Origin: Halodesulfurarchaeum sp.
GTDB lineage: Archaea; Halobacteriota; Halobacteria; Halobacteriales; Halobacteriaceae
DNA length: 50,148 nucleotides
Direction: 5' to 3'
NCBI GenBank assembly: GCA_042216015.1
Contig: JBDGUI010000049.1
Coordinates: 1 to 50,148, forward strand
A program made the translations under genes and the position numbers. Position 1 is the stretch's first letter. Each line of letters starts with the position of its first letter. This document shows, in pieces, positions 1-10,367 of this stretch. Under the pieces are notes generated by a model that ran no database searches, was not told where the DNA came from, and saw only the letters and a program-made list of their open reading frames with translations.

Positions 1-23
1 ATGATTCGCTTCGTGAGGGTCAT
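1..23 (-). CDS. hisF: Imidazole glycerol phosphate synthase cyclase subunit HisF, N-terminus only (runs off window edge)
   Basis: Reverse strand from the ATG at 23 reads MTLTKRI, the typical HisF start (MxLxKRIIPC). From recall, hisF lies near purL in haloarchaea. Only 7 codons are visible. Confidence 0.6.
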
Positions 24-173
24 CCCCAATCCTCCAGTGGAACGTCGTTTTCGCTGGCCCGCTCGTCCATCCCGCGACTTCGGTTCATATCGGGACTTCG
101 GTTCGCGAGTAAATAGGCTGCCGGTTTGCGAAACGATGTTATGATTGACCCGGACGGTCCCGGCAATTGTCAC

Positions 174-329
174 TCAGATCCCGATGATGGCTTCACAGGA
201 CGGACACACTGTCGCGACGGCGCGGGACGGCTCCTCGCTCGCCTCCTCGACCGCCGGCGAGGGCGTCAGTTCGAGCATTTCGGCTTCGACGTGGTCGATT
301 TCGGCTTCACAGGTCGGACATTTTGCCAT
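174..329 (-). CDS. Small CPxCG-related zinc-finger protein (51 aa)
   Basis: MAKCPTCE...VCPSCEAIIGI has two CPxC knuckles separated by an acidic linker. Start moved to the ATG at 329. Confidence 0.8.
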   Translation of the reverse strand: MAKCPTCEAEIDHVEAEMLELTPSPAVEEASEEPSRAVATVCPSCEAIIGI

Positions 330-430
330 GTGGGGGGACACGCCCCGATGAATGATAAGCATGCTGTCAAATGAGCTTGCAAAGAGGCAACCTGAACTGC
401 CCGCTGGCCCGTCTGCATCGAAATTTCACG

Positions 431-550
431 CGGACGCTTCGGTTCCGAAATCTCTCCGCCGTCTTCTCGGATCCGGAGTTTCTTCGCCGTTTCCTCGGAC
501 CCGAAACTCGTTTCCCGTCCTCTCAGATCGGAGTTTTCCGTCGTTTCCTC
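431..550. repeat. Degenerate tandem repeat, ~28-bp period, 4-5 copies
   Basis: Units start at 431, 459 (ccgtcttctcggatccggag), 487 (ccgtttcctcggacccgaaa), 515 (ccgtcctctcagatcggag) and ~541 (tcgtttcctc). Confidence 0.55.
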
Positions 551-623
551 ATCTCAGAGATCCGTCGCCTGCTTCGAACCGGCCTTCGATACTGCAAAGT
601 AATCGGAGCACCGAGCCCCGCCC

Positions 624-797
624 ATGGACGAAACGGAGACCGACGCCGAGGAACCGGACGGAGACGAACACGAGGACGTGCGCGACGAACGTGTCACCGC
701 CCCGATGCAGGAGTTCGGCAGTCGTGAGGTGACGATCGGCTTTGTCGTCCTCGCGATTGGGCTGCTTGTGGCCTTCGTACTGCCCTTAGCCGTCTGA
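624..797 (+). CDS. Small single-pass membrane protein (57 aa), conserved haloarchaeal type (DUF7550-like); not in ORF track
   Basis: Manual translation gives MDETETDAEEPDGDEHEDVRDERVTAPMQEFGSREVTIGFVVLAIGLLVAFVLPLAV*: an acidic N-terminus, an RVTxPMQEF motif and a C-terminal TM helix. Confidence 0.8.
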   Translation: MDETETDAEEPDGDEHEDVRDERVTAPMQEFGSREVTIGFVVLAIGLLVAFVLPLAV

Positions 798-829
798 AGT
801 GGAGTTTGTGGCGGGTTGAAAACAGATCC

Positions 830-2965
830 TCAGTCGAGTGCTTCGAGCGTCGACCTGAACTCGCGTAGCGCCTCGACGTCGTACTCGAGTGTCCCACCGT
901 CCGTTCCGAGTTTCTCGTCCGCTGTTTCGACTCGCACGGAGAGCTCGCCGGTTTCGGTGGCGGTGCCGAGCGGCTCGACCGGAATTGCCTCCTCCACCGC
1001 CTCCTCGACTGCCGAGGGATCGGTCGTTTCGACGACGACTCGCCCCGGTGCCTCGGAGAAGAGAGCTCCGGCGGCCGGGACAGCGGCCTCGATACCTCCG
1101 TCCTCGGTTACCATTTCGGCGAGCGTGACCAGCAATCCGCCGTCGCTCACGTCGTGGACGGCCTTCGTGCTGTCGAGCAGGGCGACCTCACGGATCGTCT
1201 CGATTCGGGCTCTCGGCTCGTGGGGCAACTCCGGGAACCGATCTTCGCCCCCGAACTGGGCGAGCAGTTCGGACCCCCCGAGTCGCGCCTCGAAGTCCCC
1301 GAGCAACACCAGTTCGCCCTCGCCCTTGCTTTCGAGTGTCGGCGTCCCGTAGTCCGGTCGGGTGCCGATCATGGCCAGGGTGGGTGTCGGAGGGATGGGA
1401 CCCGCGTTCGAATCGTTGTAGAGCGAAACGTTCCCGCCGACGACCGGCACCTCGAGGTCGGTGCAGCCGTCGGCGAGTCCGTCGACGATCGCGGCGAATT
1501 CGCCGTAGACATCCGGCTTTTCGGGATTGCCGGCATTGACGCAGTCGACCGTCGCGAGGGGGGTCGCCCCCTTCGCCGCGAGGTTCGTCGCGTTTTCGAC
1601 GGCGGTCGCGTAGGCCCCCTCGTACGGGGCCGTCTCCGTCCACGTCGGTTCGGTTCCCGCCGTCAGCGCGAGTCCCTGCTCGGCCTCGCGGATCGCCAGG
1701 ATTCCGGCGTCGTCGCCGGGCCGCATGGCCGTCCGGGTACCGACCTCGTGGTCGTACTGTCGGTAGACCCACTCGTCGCTCGCGGTGTTTGGACTCCGGA
1801 TGATCGCCTCCGCAGCCGACTGGAGGTCGATCTCCGGGAGGGTCGGCTCCGGTTGTTGTGGCTCGATCGACGGCAGGTCGTTCATCGGTGCTCCGTCCGC
1901 GACGTACGTCGCGGGGACGTCGACGACGGTCTCGCCCTCGAATTCGCACACGTACCGGCCGGTGTCGGTCGTCTCGCCGATGACCGAGACGCCGAGGTCG
2001 AACCGCTCGGCGATCGCCTCGACGCGCGAAACGTTCTCGGGCTCGACCTCGTAGATCATCCGCTCCTGGGACTCGGCCAGCAGGATCTCGGTGGCGTTCA
2101 TGCCCGGTTCGCGGAGATGGACCGCCCCGAGGTCGATCGTGGCCCCCAGTCCGCCCTTCGCGATCAGTTCGGAGGAGGCCCCACCGAGACCGGCGGCGCC
2201 GAGGTCCCGGGCGGATTCGACCAGATCGGCGTCGAGGAGTTCCTCGTTCGCCTCGATGAGGAGTTTCTCGGTGTAGGGATCGCCGACCTGTACGGCCGGT
2301 CTGTCCTCGGTCTCGGCGTCCTCGCCGAGGTCCTCGCTGGCGAAGCTCGCCCCGCCCAGTCCGTCCCGGCCGGTCGCGTTTCCGACGAGCACGAGCCGGT
2401 TACCCGGTTCGCTCGCCTCGGCCGTGAGCAGCCGATCCTCGTCGACGAGGCCGACGCAGGCGACGTTCACGAGTGGATTCCCCTCGTAGTCGGGGTGAAA
2501 GCGGGTACTGCCGGCGATCGTCGGGACGCCGATCGAGTTCCCGTAGTCGCCGATTCCCTCGACGATGCCCTCGAGGAGGTACCGGGGATGTTCGTCCTCG
2601 AAGTCCCCGACGTAGAGCGAATCAGCCAGCCCGATGGGATAGGCCCCCATCGAGATGATGTCCCGGACGATACCCCCGACTCCGGTCGCTGCGCCGTCGT
2701 AGGGATCGACGTAGGAGGGGTGGTTGTGGCTCTCGATCCCGAAAGCGACATAGGTCTCGTCGTCGAGGGCGACCACCGCAGCGTCGTCGCCCGGTCCGAC
2801 GACGACCTGCTCCCCTTCGCTCTCGAAGGCAGCAAGGAGCGGCCTGGAGGACCGGTAGGCACAGTGCTCACTCCAGAGGTTCTCGAAGAGCGCGGCCTCG
2901 GGTCGGGTCGGCTCCCGATCGAGCGTGTCGGTGATCAATTCACGGTCCGAATCGGCCAGCGTCAT
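830..2965 (-). CDS. purL: Phosphoribosylformylglycinamidine synthase subunit PurL
   Basis: Motifs [50 protein letters not shown]. Confidence 0.98.
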   Translation of the reverse strand: MTLADSDRELITDTLDREPTRPEAALFENLWSEHCAYRSSRPLLAAFESEGEQVVVGPGDDAAVVALDDETYVAFGIESHNHPSYVDPYDGAATGVGGIVRDIISMGAYPIGLADSLYVGDFEDEHPRYLLEGIVEGIGDYGNSIGVPTIAGSTRFHPDYEGNPLVNVACVGLVDEDRLLTAEASEPGNRLVLVGNATGRDGLGGASFASEDLGEDAETEDRPAVQVGDPYTEKLLIEANEELLDADLVESARDLGAAGLGGASSELIAKGGLGATIDLGAVHLREPGMNATEILLAESQERMIYEVEPENVSRVEAIAERFDLGVSVIGETTDTGRYVCEFEGETVVDVPATYVADGAPMNDLPSIEPQQPEPTLPEIDLQSAAEAIIRSPNTASDEWVYRQYDHEVGTRTAMRPGDDAGILAIREAEQGLALTAGTEPTWTETAPYEGAYATAVENATNLAAKGATPLATVDCVNAGNPEKPDVYGEFAAIVDGLADGCTDLEVPVVGGNVSLYNDSNAGPIPPTPTLAMIGTRPDYGTPTLESKGEGELVLLGDFEARLGGSELLAQFGGEDRFPELPHEPRARIETIREVALLDSTKAVHDVSDGGLLVTLAEMVTEDGGIEAAVPAAGALFSEAPGRVVVETTDPSAVEEAVEEAIPVEPLGTATETGELSVRVETADEKLGTDGGTLEYDVEALREFRSTLEALD

Positions 2966-3089
2966 TCATCTCGATGGTCATCACCGGCGACCATAGGGCT
3001 TGCCATGTCCACGGTCGTGCATTCGGCGCGACCGAGACCCGGTCCGGCCGATCGAGTCGTTTTTTATTGCCGACACCGAAGGGCCCACC

Positions 3090-3773
3090 GTGCTCACCGT
3101 CGAGCTTCACGCCCACTCCGAACGCTCCCACGACGGTCGGGATCCAATCGAACTCCTCCTCGAGCAGGCCGCAGCCGTCGGGATCGACGCACTCGCAGTC
3201 ACGGATCACGACGCGTTCGGGGAGAGCGAACGGGCGGCAGACCTCGCCCCGGAGTTCGGACTGATCGGGATTCCGGGCATGGAGATCACCTCGGAAGCGG
3301 GCCACGTGCTCGCACTCGGCATCGATCGGAAGATTTCGGCCGGATTGTCCTTCGAGGACACGGTCGAGGCCATCCACGAGGCCGGCGGAATCGCAGTGGT
3401 GCCACATCCCTTCCAGAAGTCCCGCAGCGGCGTGGCTCCCAATATCTCGCGTGAGGCCCTCACCGGCGCCGACGCGATCGAGGTGTACAATTCCCGACTG
3501 CTCACGGGGCGTGCGAATCGGAAGGCCCGAAGCTTCGCCAAGGAACACGGATTGCCCCAGACTGCGGGGTCCGACGCCCACATCGCCGAACTCGTCGGCC
3601 AGGCCATCACGGCCGTGGACGCGAGTAGCGAAACGGCCGCCGGGATCGTCGACGCGATTCGGGCGGGTCGGACGTCGGTGGAGGGCAGGCGAACCCCGTG
3701 GCACATCAGCTTTCGTCAGGCTGCGGGCGGTGCCAAGCGTCGCGTGAAGAGCCGCCTCGCGAGCTACTTCTGA
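3090..3773 (+). CDS. PHP-domain metal-dependent phosphoesterase
   Basis: Motifs ELHAHS..SHDG, AVTDHD, PGMEI, VPHPF, GSDAH. GTG start at 3090 follows a T-rich TATA-like tract at ~3060. Confidence 0.9.
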   Translation: MLTVELHAHSERSHDGRDPIELLLEQAAAVGIDALAVTDHDAFGESERAADLAPEFGLIGIPGMEITSEAGHVLALGIDRKISAGLSFEDTVEAIHEAGGIAVVPHPFQKSRSGVAPNISREALTGADAIEVYNSRLLTGRANRKARSFAKEHGLPQTAGSDAHIAELVGQAITAVDASSETAAGIVDAIRAGRTSVEGRRTPWHISFRQAAGGAKRRVKSRLASYF

Positions 3774-3840
3774 CGCGATTCGAGGCCACGCCGGGTCGGC
3801 TATCGAAACCCTTACCGAACGACCACCCCTCGGGCCGCGT

Positions 3841-4119
3841 ATGTCAAACGAGCCCGTCGACTCGGAGGCAGTAAAGCGGGTCGCGGCCCTCGCCAGAGTC
3901 GAACTGGACGACGAAGAAATCGACGATTTCGTCCCGCAGTTCCGCGAGATTCTCGGGTACTTCGACACGCTAGAGGAGGTTCCCGACGTGGAATCCGAAC
4001 CCGACCTGGTCAACGTGATGCGCGCTGACGAGGTCGAGGAATCCCTCCCGCAGGAGGCGGCCCTCCAAAACGCCACGGCGAGCGAGGACGGCCGGTTCAA
4101 GGGGCCGCGTGTCTCATGA
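3841..4119 (+). CDS. gatC: Asp/Glu-tRNA amidotransferase subunit C
   Basis: VAALARVEL, NVMRADEV, FKGPRV; overlaps gatA by ATGA. Confidence 0.95.
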   Translation: MSNEPVDSEAVKRVAALARVELDDEEIDDFVPQFREILGYFDTLEEVPDVESEPDLVNVMRADEVEESLPQEAALQNATASEDGRFKGPRVS

Positions 4120-5384
4120 GCCACAATGCCTTCATCACCCGGACGGAGATCGAGGGCGATTCGGACGGTCCCCTCGCCGGGAGAACCGTGGCCGTCAAGG
4201 ACAACATCAGTACCGAGGGGGTTCGAACGACCTGTGGCTCGTCGATGCTCGAGGACTACGTCCCGCCCTACGATGCGACCGTCGTCTCCCGACTGAAGGG
4301 TGGGGGAGCGACCATCGTCGGGAAGACCAACATGGACGAGTTCGGGATGGGAACGACCACCGAGACCTCGGTCTTTGGCCCGACGACGAATCCCGTCGAC
4401 GAGGAGCGTGTGCCGGGAGGCTCCTCCGGCGGGAGTGCAGCAGCCGTCAAGAGCGGGGAGGCCGATCTGGCACTCGGGACCGACACCGGGGGATCCATCC
4501 GCTGTCCGGCGGCGTTCACCGGGACGGTCGGGATCAAACCCACCTACGGGCTCGTCTCGCGGTACGGCCTGGTGGCGTACGCCAACAGCCTGGAACAGAT
4601 CGGCCCGATCGCCCCGACGGTCGAGGAGGCGGCCGAACTGCTCTCGGTCATCGCCGGTCCGGACGACCGCGACGGAACGACACGCGAGGAGGGGGCCGAC
4701 GTGGACTATGCGGCCACCGCGGACGGGGACGTCGAGGGATTGACGATCGGTATCCCGACAGAACTTCTCGAGGGAAGCGAGGAGCCCGTTCGCGAGCAAT
4801 TCGAGGCGGGGCTCGGACGGCTGCGGGAGCAGGGCGCCGAGACGGTAACGGTCGAACTGCCCTCCGTCGAGTACGCCGTCGCGGCCTACTACGTCATCGC
4901 CATGTCCGAGGCCTCCTCGAACCTCGCCCGGTTCGACGGGGTTCGGTTCGGGAAATCCGGGGGTTTCGAGGGCAACTGGAACGAATCGTTCTCGGCCGGT
5001 CGATCCGAGGGGTTCGGCGAGGAGGTCATCCGGCGCATCCTCCTCGGGACGTTTGCGCTCTCTGAGGGGTATCACGAGAAGTACTACAAGCAGGCCCAGG
5101 AGGCCCGTGCGTGGGTCAAACGGGACTTCGACGCGGCCTTCGAGGAGGCGGACGTCCTCGCCACACCGACCATGCCGGTTCTGCCGCCGAAGTTGGGGGA
5201 AAGTCTGGACGATCCACTCCAGATGTACCTCATTGACGCGAACACCGTGCCCGTGAACCTCGCGAATCTCCCGGCCATCTCGGTCCCGGTCGGTCAGGCG
5301 GACGGACTCCCGGTCGGCTTTCAGCTGATCGGGCCCGCGTTCGGGGAATCACGGATCATTCGGGCCGGAAGCGCCCTCGAGTGA
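4116..5384 (+). CDS. gatA: Asp/Glu-tRNA amidotransferase subunit A
   Basis: Amidase signature: VAVKDN, GKTNMDEFGMG, GGSSGGSAA, GTDTGGSIR, SSNLARFDG. Confidence 0.97.
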   Translation: MSHNAFITRTEIEGDSDGPLAGRTVAVKDNISTEGVRTTCGSSMLEDYVPPYDATVVSRLKGGGATIVGKTNMDEFGMGTTTETSVFGPTTNPVDEERVPGGSSGGSAAAVKSGEADLALGTDTGGSIRCPAAFTGTVGIKPTYGLVSRYGLVAYANSLEQIGPIAPTVEEAAELLSVIAGPDDRDGTTREEGADVDYAATADGDVEGLTIGIPTELLEGSEEPVREQFEAGLGRLREQGAETVTVELPSVEYAVAAYYVIAMSEASSNLARFDGVRFGKSGGFEGNWNESFSAGRSEGFGEEVIRRILLGTFALSEGYHEKYYKQAQEARAWVKRDFDAAFEEADVLATPTMPVLPPKLGESLDDPLQMYLIDANTVPVNLANLPAISVPVGQADGLPVGFQLIGPAFGESRIIRAGSALE

Positions 5385-5418
5385 ACGGCACGGATGGTCA
5401 CGTGACGAGCAAGCCGCG

Positions 5419-5775
5419 TCACTCCTCGTAGACGAGATTCATGATCCACTGGGAGAGCCGATCGGATTCCGGATCGATGTTCTCCTCGCCGACGAACGGC
5501 GAGAGCATGTCCCCGGCCATCAGCAGCGAGAAGTCGAGATCCTCCTCGATCACCACCGGCTCGAGGCGGTAGGTCTTGTTGCCGTCGTGGACGGCTTCCT
5601 CCCGCTCGATCAGTCCGGCCTGCTCGAGTTTGGACGCCAGTCGACTCCCCTTTCGCGAGGAGACGTCGAGTTCCTTCCAGAATTCGGATTGGTGGATTGC
5701 CCCTCGCTCGCGGACGAGTTCCAGTGCGCGTCGCTCGTCCTCGGAGAGGTCGGCCTCGGTGGGTTCCCCGCTCAT
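5419..5775 (-). CDS. Winged-HTH transcriptional regulator (MarR/Lrp-like, conserved haloarchaeal)
   Basis: HQSEFWKELDVSSRKGSRLASKLEQAGLIERE wHTH pattern. Confidence 0.8.
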   Translation of the reverse strand: MSGEPTEADLSEDERRALELVRERGAIHQSEFWKELDVSSRKGSRLASKLEQAGLIEREEAVHDGNKTYRLEPVVIEEDLDFSLLMAGDMLSPFVGEENIDPESDRLSQWIMNLVYEE

Positions 5776-5877
5776 TGGTTTACCCTCCCGGCGAACGCAT
5801 TTAACGTTTCATTCTTGTGGCTCCGTTCGATCCATGGGATACGGTCCGTGCCGTCACCGGGGAACCCCCCAACCCGG

Positions 5878-7362
5878 TCAGTGGCCGTTCGGTGACCGGA
5901 GTCGTTCTCGGAGTGCCTCCCGATCGATTGTCCCGGATGGCGTTCGTGGGAGCGTCTCGACGACCCGAACGGTTTTCGGCAGTTTGTGGGGGGCCAACCG
6001 ATCCCGAAGGCGATTCCGAATCGACGCGGCGGTCATCATCTCCTCTTCCACCTCGGTCTCCGGAACAATCGCTGCCGCGATGCGCTCGCCCCATTCCGGA
6101 TCGGACAGCCCCAGTACCGTCACTGCCCCGACCGCTTCCAGGCTTCCGATCGCGGCCTCGACCTCCCTCGGTGAGACGTTCTCGCCACCCGTCACGATCA
6201 GGTCGTCGATTCGACCGGTGACGACGAGCCGTCCGGCCGGCGTGAGGTAGCCTCGATCGCCCGTTCGAAGCGGCTCGCCGGGCGACCGCTCCGTCCCGTC
6301 GATGGTTCCCGGACTGACAATTGGGCCGGAGACGGTGATTTCACCCCGCTGGCCGGCGTCCACCTGCCGGTTGTCGTCGCCCCGGATCGCAACCGTCGCG
6401 GCCCGCACCGGGCGGCCGACGGACTCGGGGTTCCGCTCGAGTTCCGCCGGCGTGGCAGTCGCGATACCCGACGCGGTTTCGGTCATCCCGTAACTCGAGA
6501 AAATCGGCATGCCAGCGTCCAGGGCTCGGGTGAGGAGGGAGGGGGGTGTGGCTGCACCGCCGACCAGGGCGAAGCGAAGCCCCTCGGGCATCCCGGGACC
6601 GTCGAGCAGGCGCTCGAGCATCGTCGGGACGAGCGAAACCCCGGTGACATCGAATTCGGCCATCGTCCGGCTCGATTCCACGGCGTCAAATTCGGTCCTG
6701 ACGACAGTCGTTGCGCCGAGCATCGCGGTTCGTAACGGGATCGACAGTCCGCCGGCGTGATGGATCGGGAGATCGAGCAGCCATCGGTCCGCCGGGCTGG
6801 CGCCCACCCGCTCGACGGTCGAGGCGGCACTTGCCCCGAGGTTTCGACCCGTAAGCCGAACGCCGGTCGGTCTGCCGGTCGTTCCGGAGGTGAACAGGAT
6901 CACCCGGGTTCGATCGATATGCAGGGGGGTCCTGGGGTGCAGGGCGTCAGTCCGTCCCGGCCGTCGGGCACTCCTCGAGACGATGGCCTCGAATCCGACC
7001 TCCCGAACCTCCGAACCAGCCGAATCGAACGTTTCGGCCGCTCCGTTCCCCGTCACACAGATCTCCACGTCGGCCCGCTCGCCTCGCGCGCGGATTTCAG
7101 CGGCCGGTTCGTCCGGATCGAGCGGAACGACGATCCCTCCCGCTCGAAAGATGCCCCAGACGGTGGCGATCGCCTCCGGACCTCTGGCCATGTGGAGGCC
7201 GATCCGGTCGCCGATGGTTGCCCCCTCCTCGATGAGTCCTCCACCGATTCGCCCGGCCCACGCGTCGAGTTCTCCGTATGTCCACTCCGATCCGGATTTG
7301 GCGTCGATCAGTGCGATTCGATTTGGGTGGTGACTCCTCGCTCGTCTGAGGAATTCATCCAT
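5878..7362 (-). CDS. menE: O-succinylbenzoate-CoA ligase
   Basis: AMP-binding motifs FTSGTTG, YGMTE, TGD, GGENV; last gene of the men cluster. Confidence 0.9.
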   Translation of the reverse strand: MDEFLRRARSHHPNRIALIDAKSGSEWTYGELDAWAGRIGGGLIEEGATIGDRIGLHMARGPEAIATVWGIFRAGGIVVPLDPDEPAAEIRARGERADVEICVTGNGAAETFDSAGSEVREVGFEAIVSRSARRPGRTDALHPRTPLHIDRTRVILFTSGTTGRPTGVRLTGRNLGASAASTVERVGASPADRWLLDLPIHHAGGLSIPLRTAMLGATTVVRTEFDAVESSRTMAEFDVTGVSLVPTMLERLLDGPGMPEGLRFALVGGAATPPSLLTRALDAGMPIFSSYGMTETASGIATATPAELERNPESVGRPVRAATVAIRGDDNRQVDAGQRGEITVSGPIVSPGTIDGTERSPGEPLRTGDRGYLTPAGRLVVTGRIDDLIVTGGENVSPREVEAAIGSLEAVGAVTVLGLSDPEWGERIAAAIVPETEVEEEMMTAASIRNRLRDRLAPHKLPKTVRVVETLPRTPSGTIDREALRERLRSPNGH

Positions 7363-8410
7363 CGATACCCACCTCTCTCACACCGAGTCCCGGTTCCGAA
7401 GGCGGGCTGATCGAGCCATCGCGGACTGGAGCCGGATCCGGACCGAGATCCGAGACGAACCGGGATGCGGTGGCCAAACCGGCGGGCGGGTGGCCCGGAA
7501 GCGACGCGGCGAGATGAACGGCCCCAGTTCTCCCGACGACCCCCTCGAAGATTGACGTTACGACGGACTCGGCACCTGCCCGACGGATCCGTGTTGCCGA
7601 TCCCCGGGCGACATCGATTCCGCCAAGCGCCATGGGTTTCAGGACGAAGACGTCCGCCGCTCCCCACTCGAGGAGTTCCCTTACCCCGAATTTACCGAGA
7701 CTCTCGTCGAGGGCAATAGGGGTCCCCATCCCTCGCAATCGGGCGTGGTCTTCTGTACTGTCGGGGGCGAGTGGCTGTTCGATATGCGAGAGATCGAGGG
7801 GCTTCACGCGCTCCAAAAACGAGCGTGCCTGTGGGAGTTTCCAGGCCCCATTGGCGTCGGCTCGCAACTCGACCCCGGGCCCGACACGCTCTCGCACCGC
7901 TCGGAGGCGGGCGAGATCCCGCTCGAGTGACCCCCGGCCAACCTTGACCTTGATGGCCTCGAACCCTTCGTCCCGGGCCGTCTCAGCGGCCCGTGCCGTC
8001 TCCTCTGGCCGACCGTCCCCGAGCGTCACGTTGACCGGGATCGATTCGACAGGGTCGCCGCCGAGGAATCGGTAGAGGGGTTGACCCGCTTTTCGTCCTC
8101 GGTGATCCAGGTACGAAAGCGACACGGCGTGTCTCGCGGCCGGAAATCGAAGTCGTCCGTTCCCGGTGTGGGACACGACGCCGAACGCTTCTCGCCATCC
8201 CGCCGTCTCGAACGCCTCGGCTGCCCGTTCGAGGGCCCGGCGACTCACAGAGCGCGATTCGGTGAAGGGCAGGAGGGGTGTCGATTCCCCGATGCCGGGC
8301 GGGTCGGATGCCACCCGGAACAGCATCCCTCGACGCGTGTCCATTGTCTCTCGTGCGGTTTGAAGCGGCGGATCGAGCGCCAGTTCGAACGGATCGACCG
8401 TGGCGCTCAT
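7355..8410 (-). CDS. menC: O-succinylbenzoate synthase (enolase superfamily)
   Basis: KVKVG, LRADANG, IEQP, ALDES, VLKP; within the men cluster. Confidence 0.88.
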   Translation of the reverse strand: MSATVDPFELALDPPLQTARETMDTRRGMLFRVASDPPGIGESTPLLPFTESRSVSRRALERAAEAFETAGWREAFGVVSHTGNGRLRFPAARHAVSLSYLDHRGRKAGQPLYRFLGGDPVESIPVNVTLGDGRPEETARAAETARDEGFEAIKVKVGRGSLERDLARLRAVRERVGPGVELRADANGAWKLPQARSFLERVKPLDLSHIEQPLAPDSTEDHARLRGMGTPIALDESLGKFGVRELLEWGAADVFVLKPMALGGIDVARGSATRIRRAGAESVVTSIFEGVVGRTGAVHLAASLPGHPPAGLATASRFVSDLGPDPAPVRDGSISPPSEPGLGVREVGIDG

Positions 8411-9381
8411 ACCACCAACCCGATTGCGAAGAGCACCCCGAAGGCGGCGACGAGCTGGCCGGTCCGCTCGAGTGCGGGGTTGAGTTCCGCCGTCTCACGT
8501 CCCGTCAGCACCTTTCGGGTCGCAGAGACCGCAAGCGGCAGGCTCAGAAACGGCAGGAACACGGCGGGGCCGACGTCCTGTGTGGCGTAAAACCACACCG
8601 GGACCGCGTAGGCGAGAAGCGTCAGGAGGACGTACTCGACCCGGCTCCAGCGATACCCGAGGAGGACGGCGAGTGTCCGCTTGTCGGCGGCCCGATCGTC
8701 CTCGATGTCGCGGATGTTGTTGACGACCAGAATGTTCGTCACGGGCCCGGCCATGGCGAGACTCGCGACCACGACGGAGAGCGGAAGCGTCTCAGGTGGG
8801 ACCCCGAGCGGAACCGTCTCGAGCAGGACTGCACACGCCTGCACGTAGTAGGTGCCCGTGACGGCGATCACGCCGAAAAAGGTGAAGACGAAGAGATCGC
8901 CCAGCGCGTGGGAGCCGATCGGATAGGGGCCACCCGAGTAGGCAAAGCCGCTTGCGATGCTCGCTAGCCCCACGATCACGATGGGCAGGCCGCCGATCGA
9001 GACCAGGTAGATTCCGATCAGAAAGGCGAGTCCGTAGAGTAGCACGGCCGCGGCGAAGACGCGGCGGGCGGGGATCAATCCCGACTGGCTGACCCGCACG
9101 TATCCGGCCGAATCCGCGGAGTCGACGCCCTTTGTGTAATCGTAGTAGTCATTCGAGAAGTCCGTGCCTGTCTGAAGCAGGAGCGCACCGAGCAGGGCGG
9201 CGATCGCTGGAAGCGGGGCGAAGACGCCCTGGTGGACGGCGAGACCCATCCCCACGATCACGGGTGCGGCGCCGGCGGGTTTCACGTGTGGGCGGGCGGC
9301 AATCATCCAGGCTCGCCATCGGGGGATGTCCCCTGGCTGCGGTCCCGTCTGTGCTTTTTCCGTGTTCGCGTGTTCGCTCAT
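8407..9381 (-). CDS. menA: 1,4-dihydroxy-2-naphthoate polyprenyltransferase
   Basis: UbiA-family NDYYD and NNIRDIEDD..KRTL motifs, multiple TM helices. Confidence 0.93.
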   Translation of the reverse strand: MSEHANTEKAQTGPQPGDIPRWRAWMIAARPHVKPAGAAPVIVGMGLAVHQGVFAPLPAIAALLGALLLQTGTDFSNDYYDYTKGVDSADSAGYVRVSQSGLIPARRVFAAAVLLYGLAFLIGIYLVSIGGLPIVIVGLASIASGFAYSGGPYPIGSHALGDLFVFTFFGVIAVTGTYYVQACAVLLETVPLGVPPETLPLSVVVASLAMAGPVTNILVVNNIRDIEDDRAADKRTLAVLLGYRWSRVEYVLLTLLAYAVPVWFYATQDVGPAVFLPFLSLPLAVSATRKVLTGRETAELNPALERTGQLVAAFGVLFAIGLVV

Positions 9382-9382
9382 G

Positions 9383-10300
9383 TCAGTAGTGCCATGGGAA
9401 CTCGTCGAAGTCCGGTTCCCGCTTCTCGAGGAAGGCGTCTCGACCCTCCCGTGCCTCCTCGGTCATGTAGGCGAGACGGGTCGCCTCCCCCGAGAACACC
9501 TGCTGGCCGATCAGGCCGTCGTCGATCCCGTTGAAGGCGTACTTGAGCATCCGAATCGAGGTCGGACTCTTCTTCGCGATCGTCTCGGCCATCTCAAGCG
9601 CCCGCGTCTCGAGTTCCTCGTGGGGAACGACCTCGTTGACCATTCCCATGTCGGCGGCGGCCTCCGCGTCGTAGGTTTTTCCCAAGAAGAAGATCTCTCG
9701 GGCCCGCTTCTGCCCGATCTGCCGGGCGAGATATGCCGACCCGAATCCGCCGTCGAAACTCGCGACGTCCGGGTCGGTCTGCTTGAACTTCGCCTCCTCC
9801 CTGCTGGCGATGGTGAGGTCACAGACCGCATGAAGGCTGTGCCCCCCACCGACGGCCCACCCGGGAACCACGGCGATCACCGGTTTCGGCAGGTGGCGGA
9901 TCTGACGCTGTACCTCGAGGATGTGGAGTCGACCCGGAGGCCCTCCCTTCGATTCGGGTTCCGTCGGGTCGGGTTCCGGGCCCTCTCCCTCGCCATACGC
10001 GTAGCCGTCCGCGGAGCGAACCGATTGGTCGCCCCCGGCCGAAAAGGCCCATCCCCCATCGTCAGGTGACGGACCGTTCCCGGTCAACAGGACGGCCCCC
10101 ACCTCGGTCTGGCGCTTTGCGTGATCGAACGCCGCGGAGAGTTCGTCCACCGTCTGCGGTCGAAAGGCGTTCCTGATTGCCGGGCGATCGAAGGCAATCC
10201 GGACGGCCCCCACGTCGGTTCCCCGGTGGTACGTGATGTCAGCAAACTCGAATCCGGAAACGGCGGTCCATCGATCCGGATCGAAGAGCGTCGAGACCAT
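9383..10300 (-). CDS. menB: 1,4-dihydroxy-2-naphthoyl-CoA synthase (actinobacterial-like type II)
   Basis: RNAFRP, AFSAGGDQ, GRLHILEVQ, GGGHSL, FKQTDPDVASFD. Start at ATG 10300 (MVSTLFDP). Confidence 0.96.
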   Translation of the reverse strand: MVSTLFDPDRWTAVSGFEFADITYHRGTDVGAVRIAFDRPAIRNAFRPQTVDELSAAFDHAKRQTEVGAVLLTGNGPSPDDGGWAFSAGGDQSVRSADGYAYGEGEGPEPDPTEPESKGGPPGRLHILEVQRQIRHLPKPVIAVVPGWAVGGGHSLHAVCDLTIASREEAKFKQTDPDVASFDGGFGSAYLARQIGQKRAREIFFLGKTYDAEAAADMGMVNEVVPHEELETRALEMAETIAKKSPTSIRMLKYAFNGIDDGLIGQQVFSGEATRLAYMTEEAREGRDAFLEKREPDFDEFPWHY

Positions 10301-10367
10301 TACCTTGCAGGAACACCGCGGCCTAAAAAAGACTCCCGCTGTGCCAGTCCCGAAAGGGGTGGGCGAT

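Noticed and set aside
76..104. 11-bp direct repeat gacttcggttc x2 upstream of hisF
   Set aside because: Too short, with only two copies, to support a function.
1154..5075. Very long alternative ORFs (1154-3454 +, 2940-5075 -; likewise 39506-41818 +, 25297-26937 -, 22540-23976 +)
   Set aside because: They are antisense or off-frame shadows of clear genes, expected from high-GC codon bias. They are Arg/Gly/Pro-rich with no recognisable motifs.
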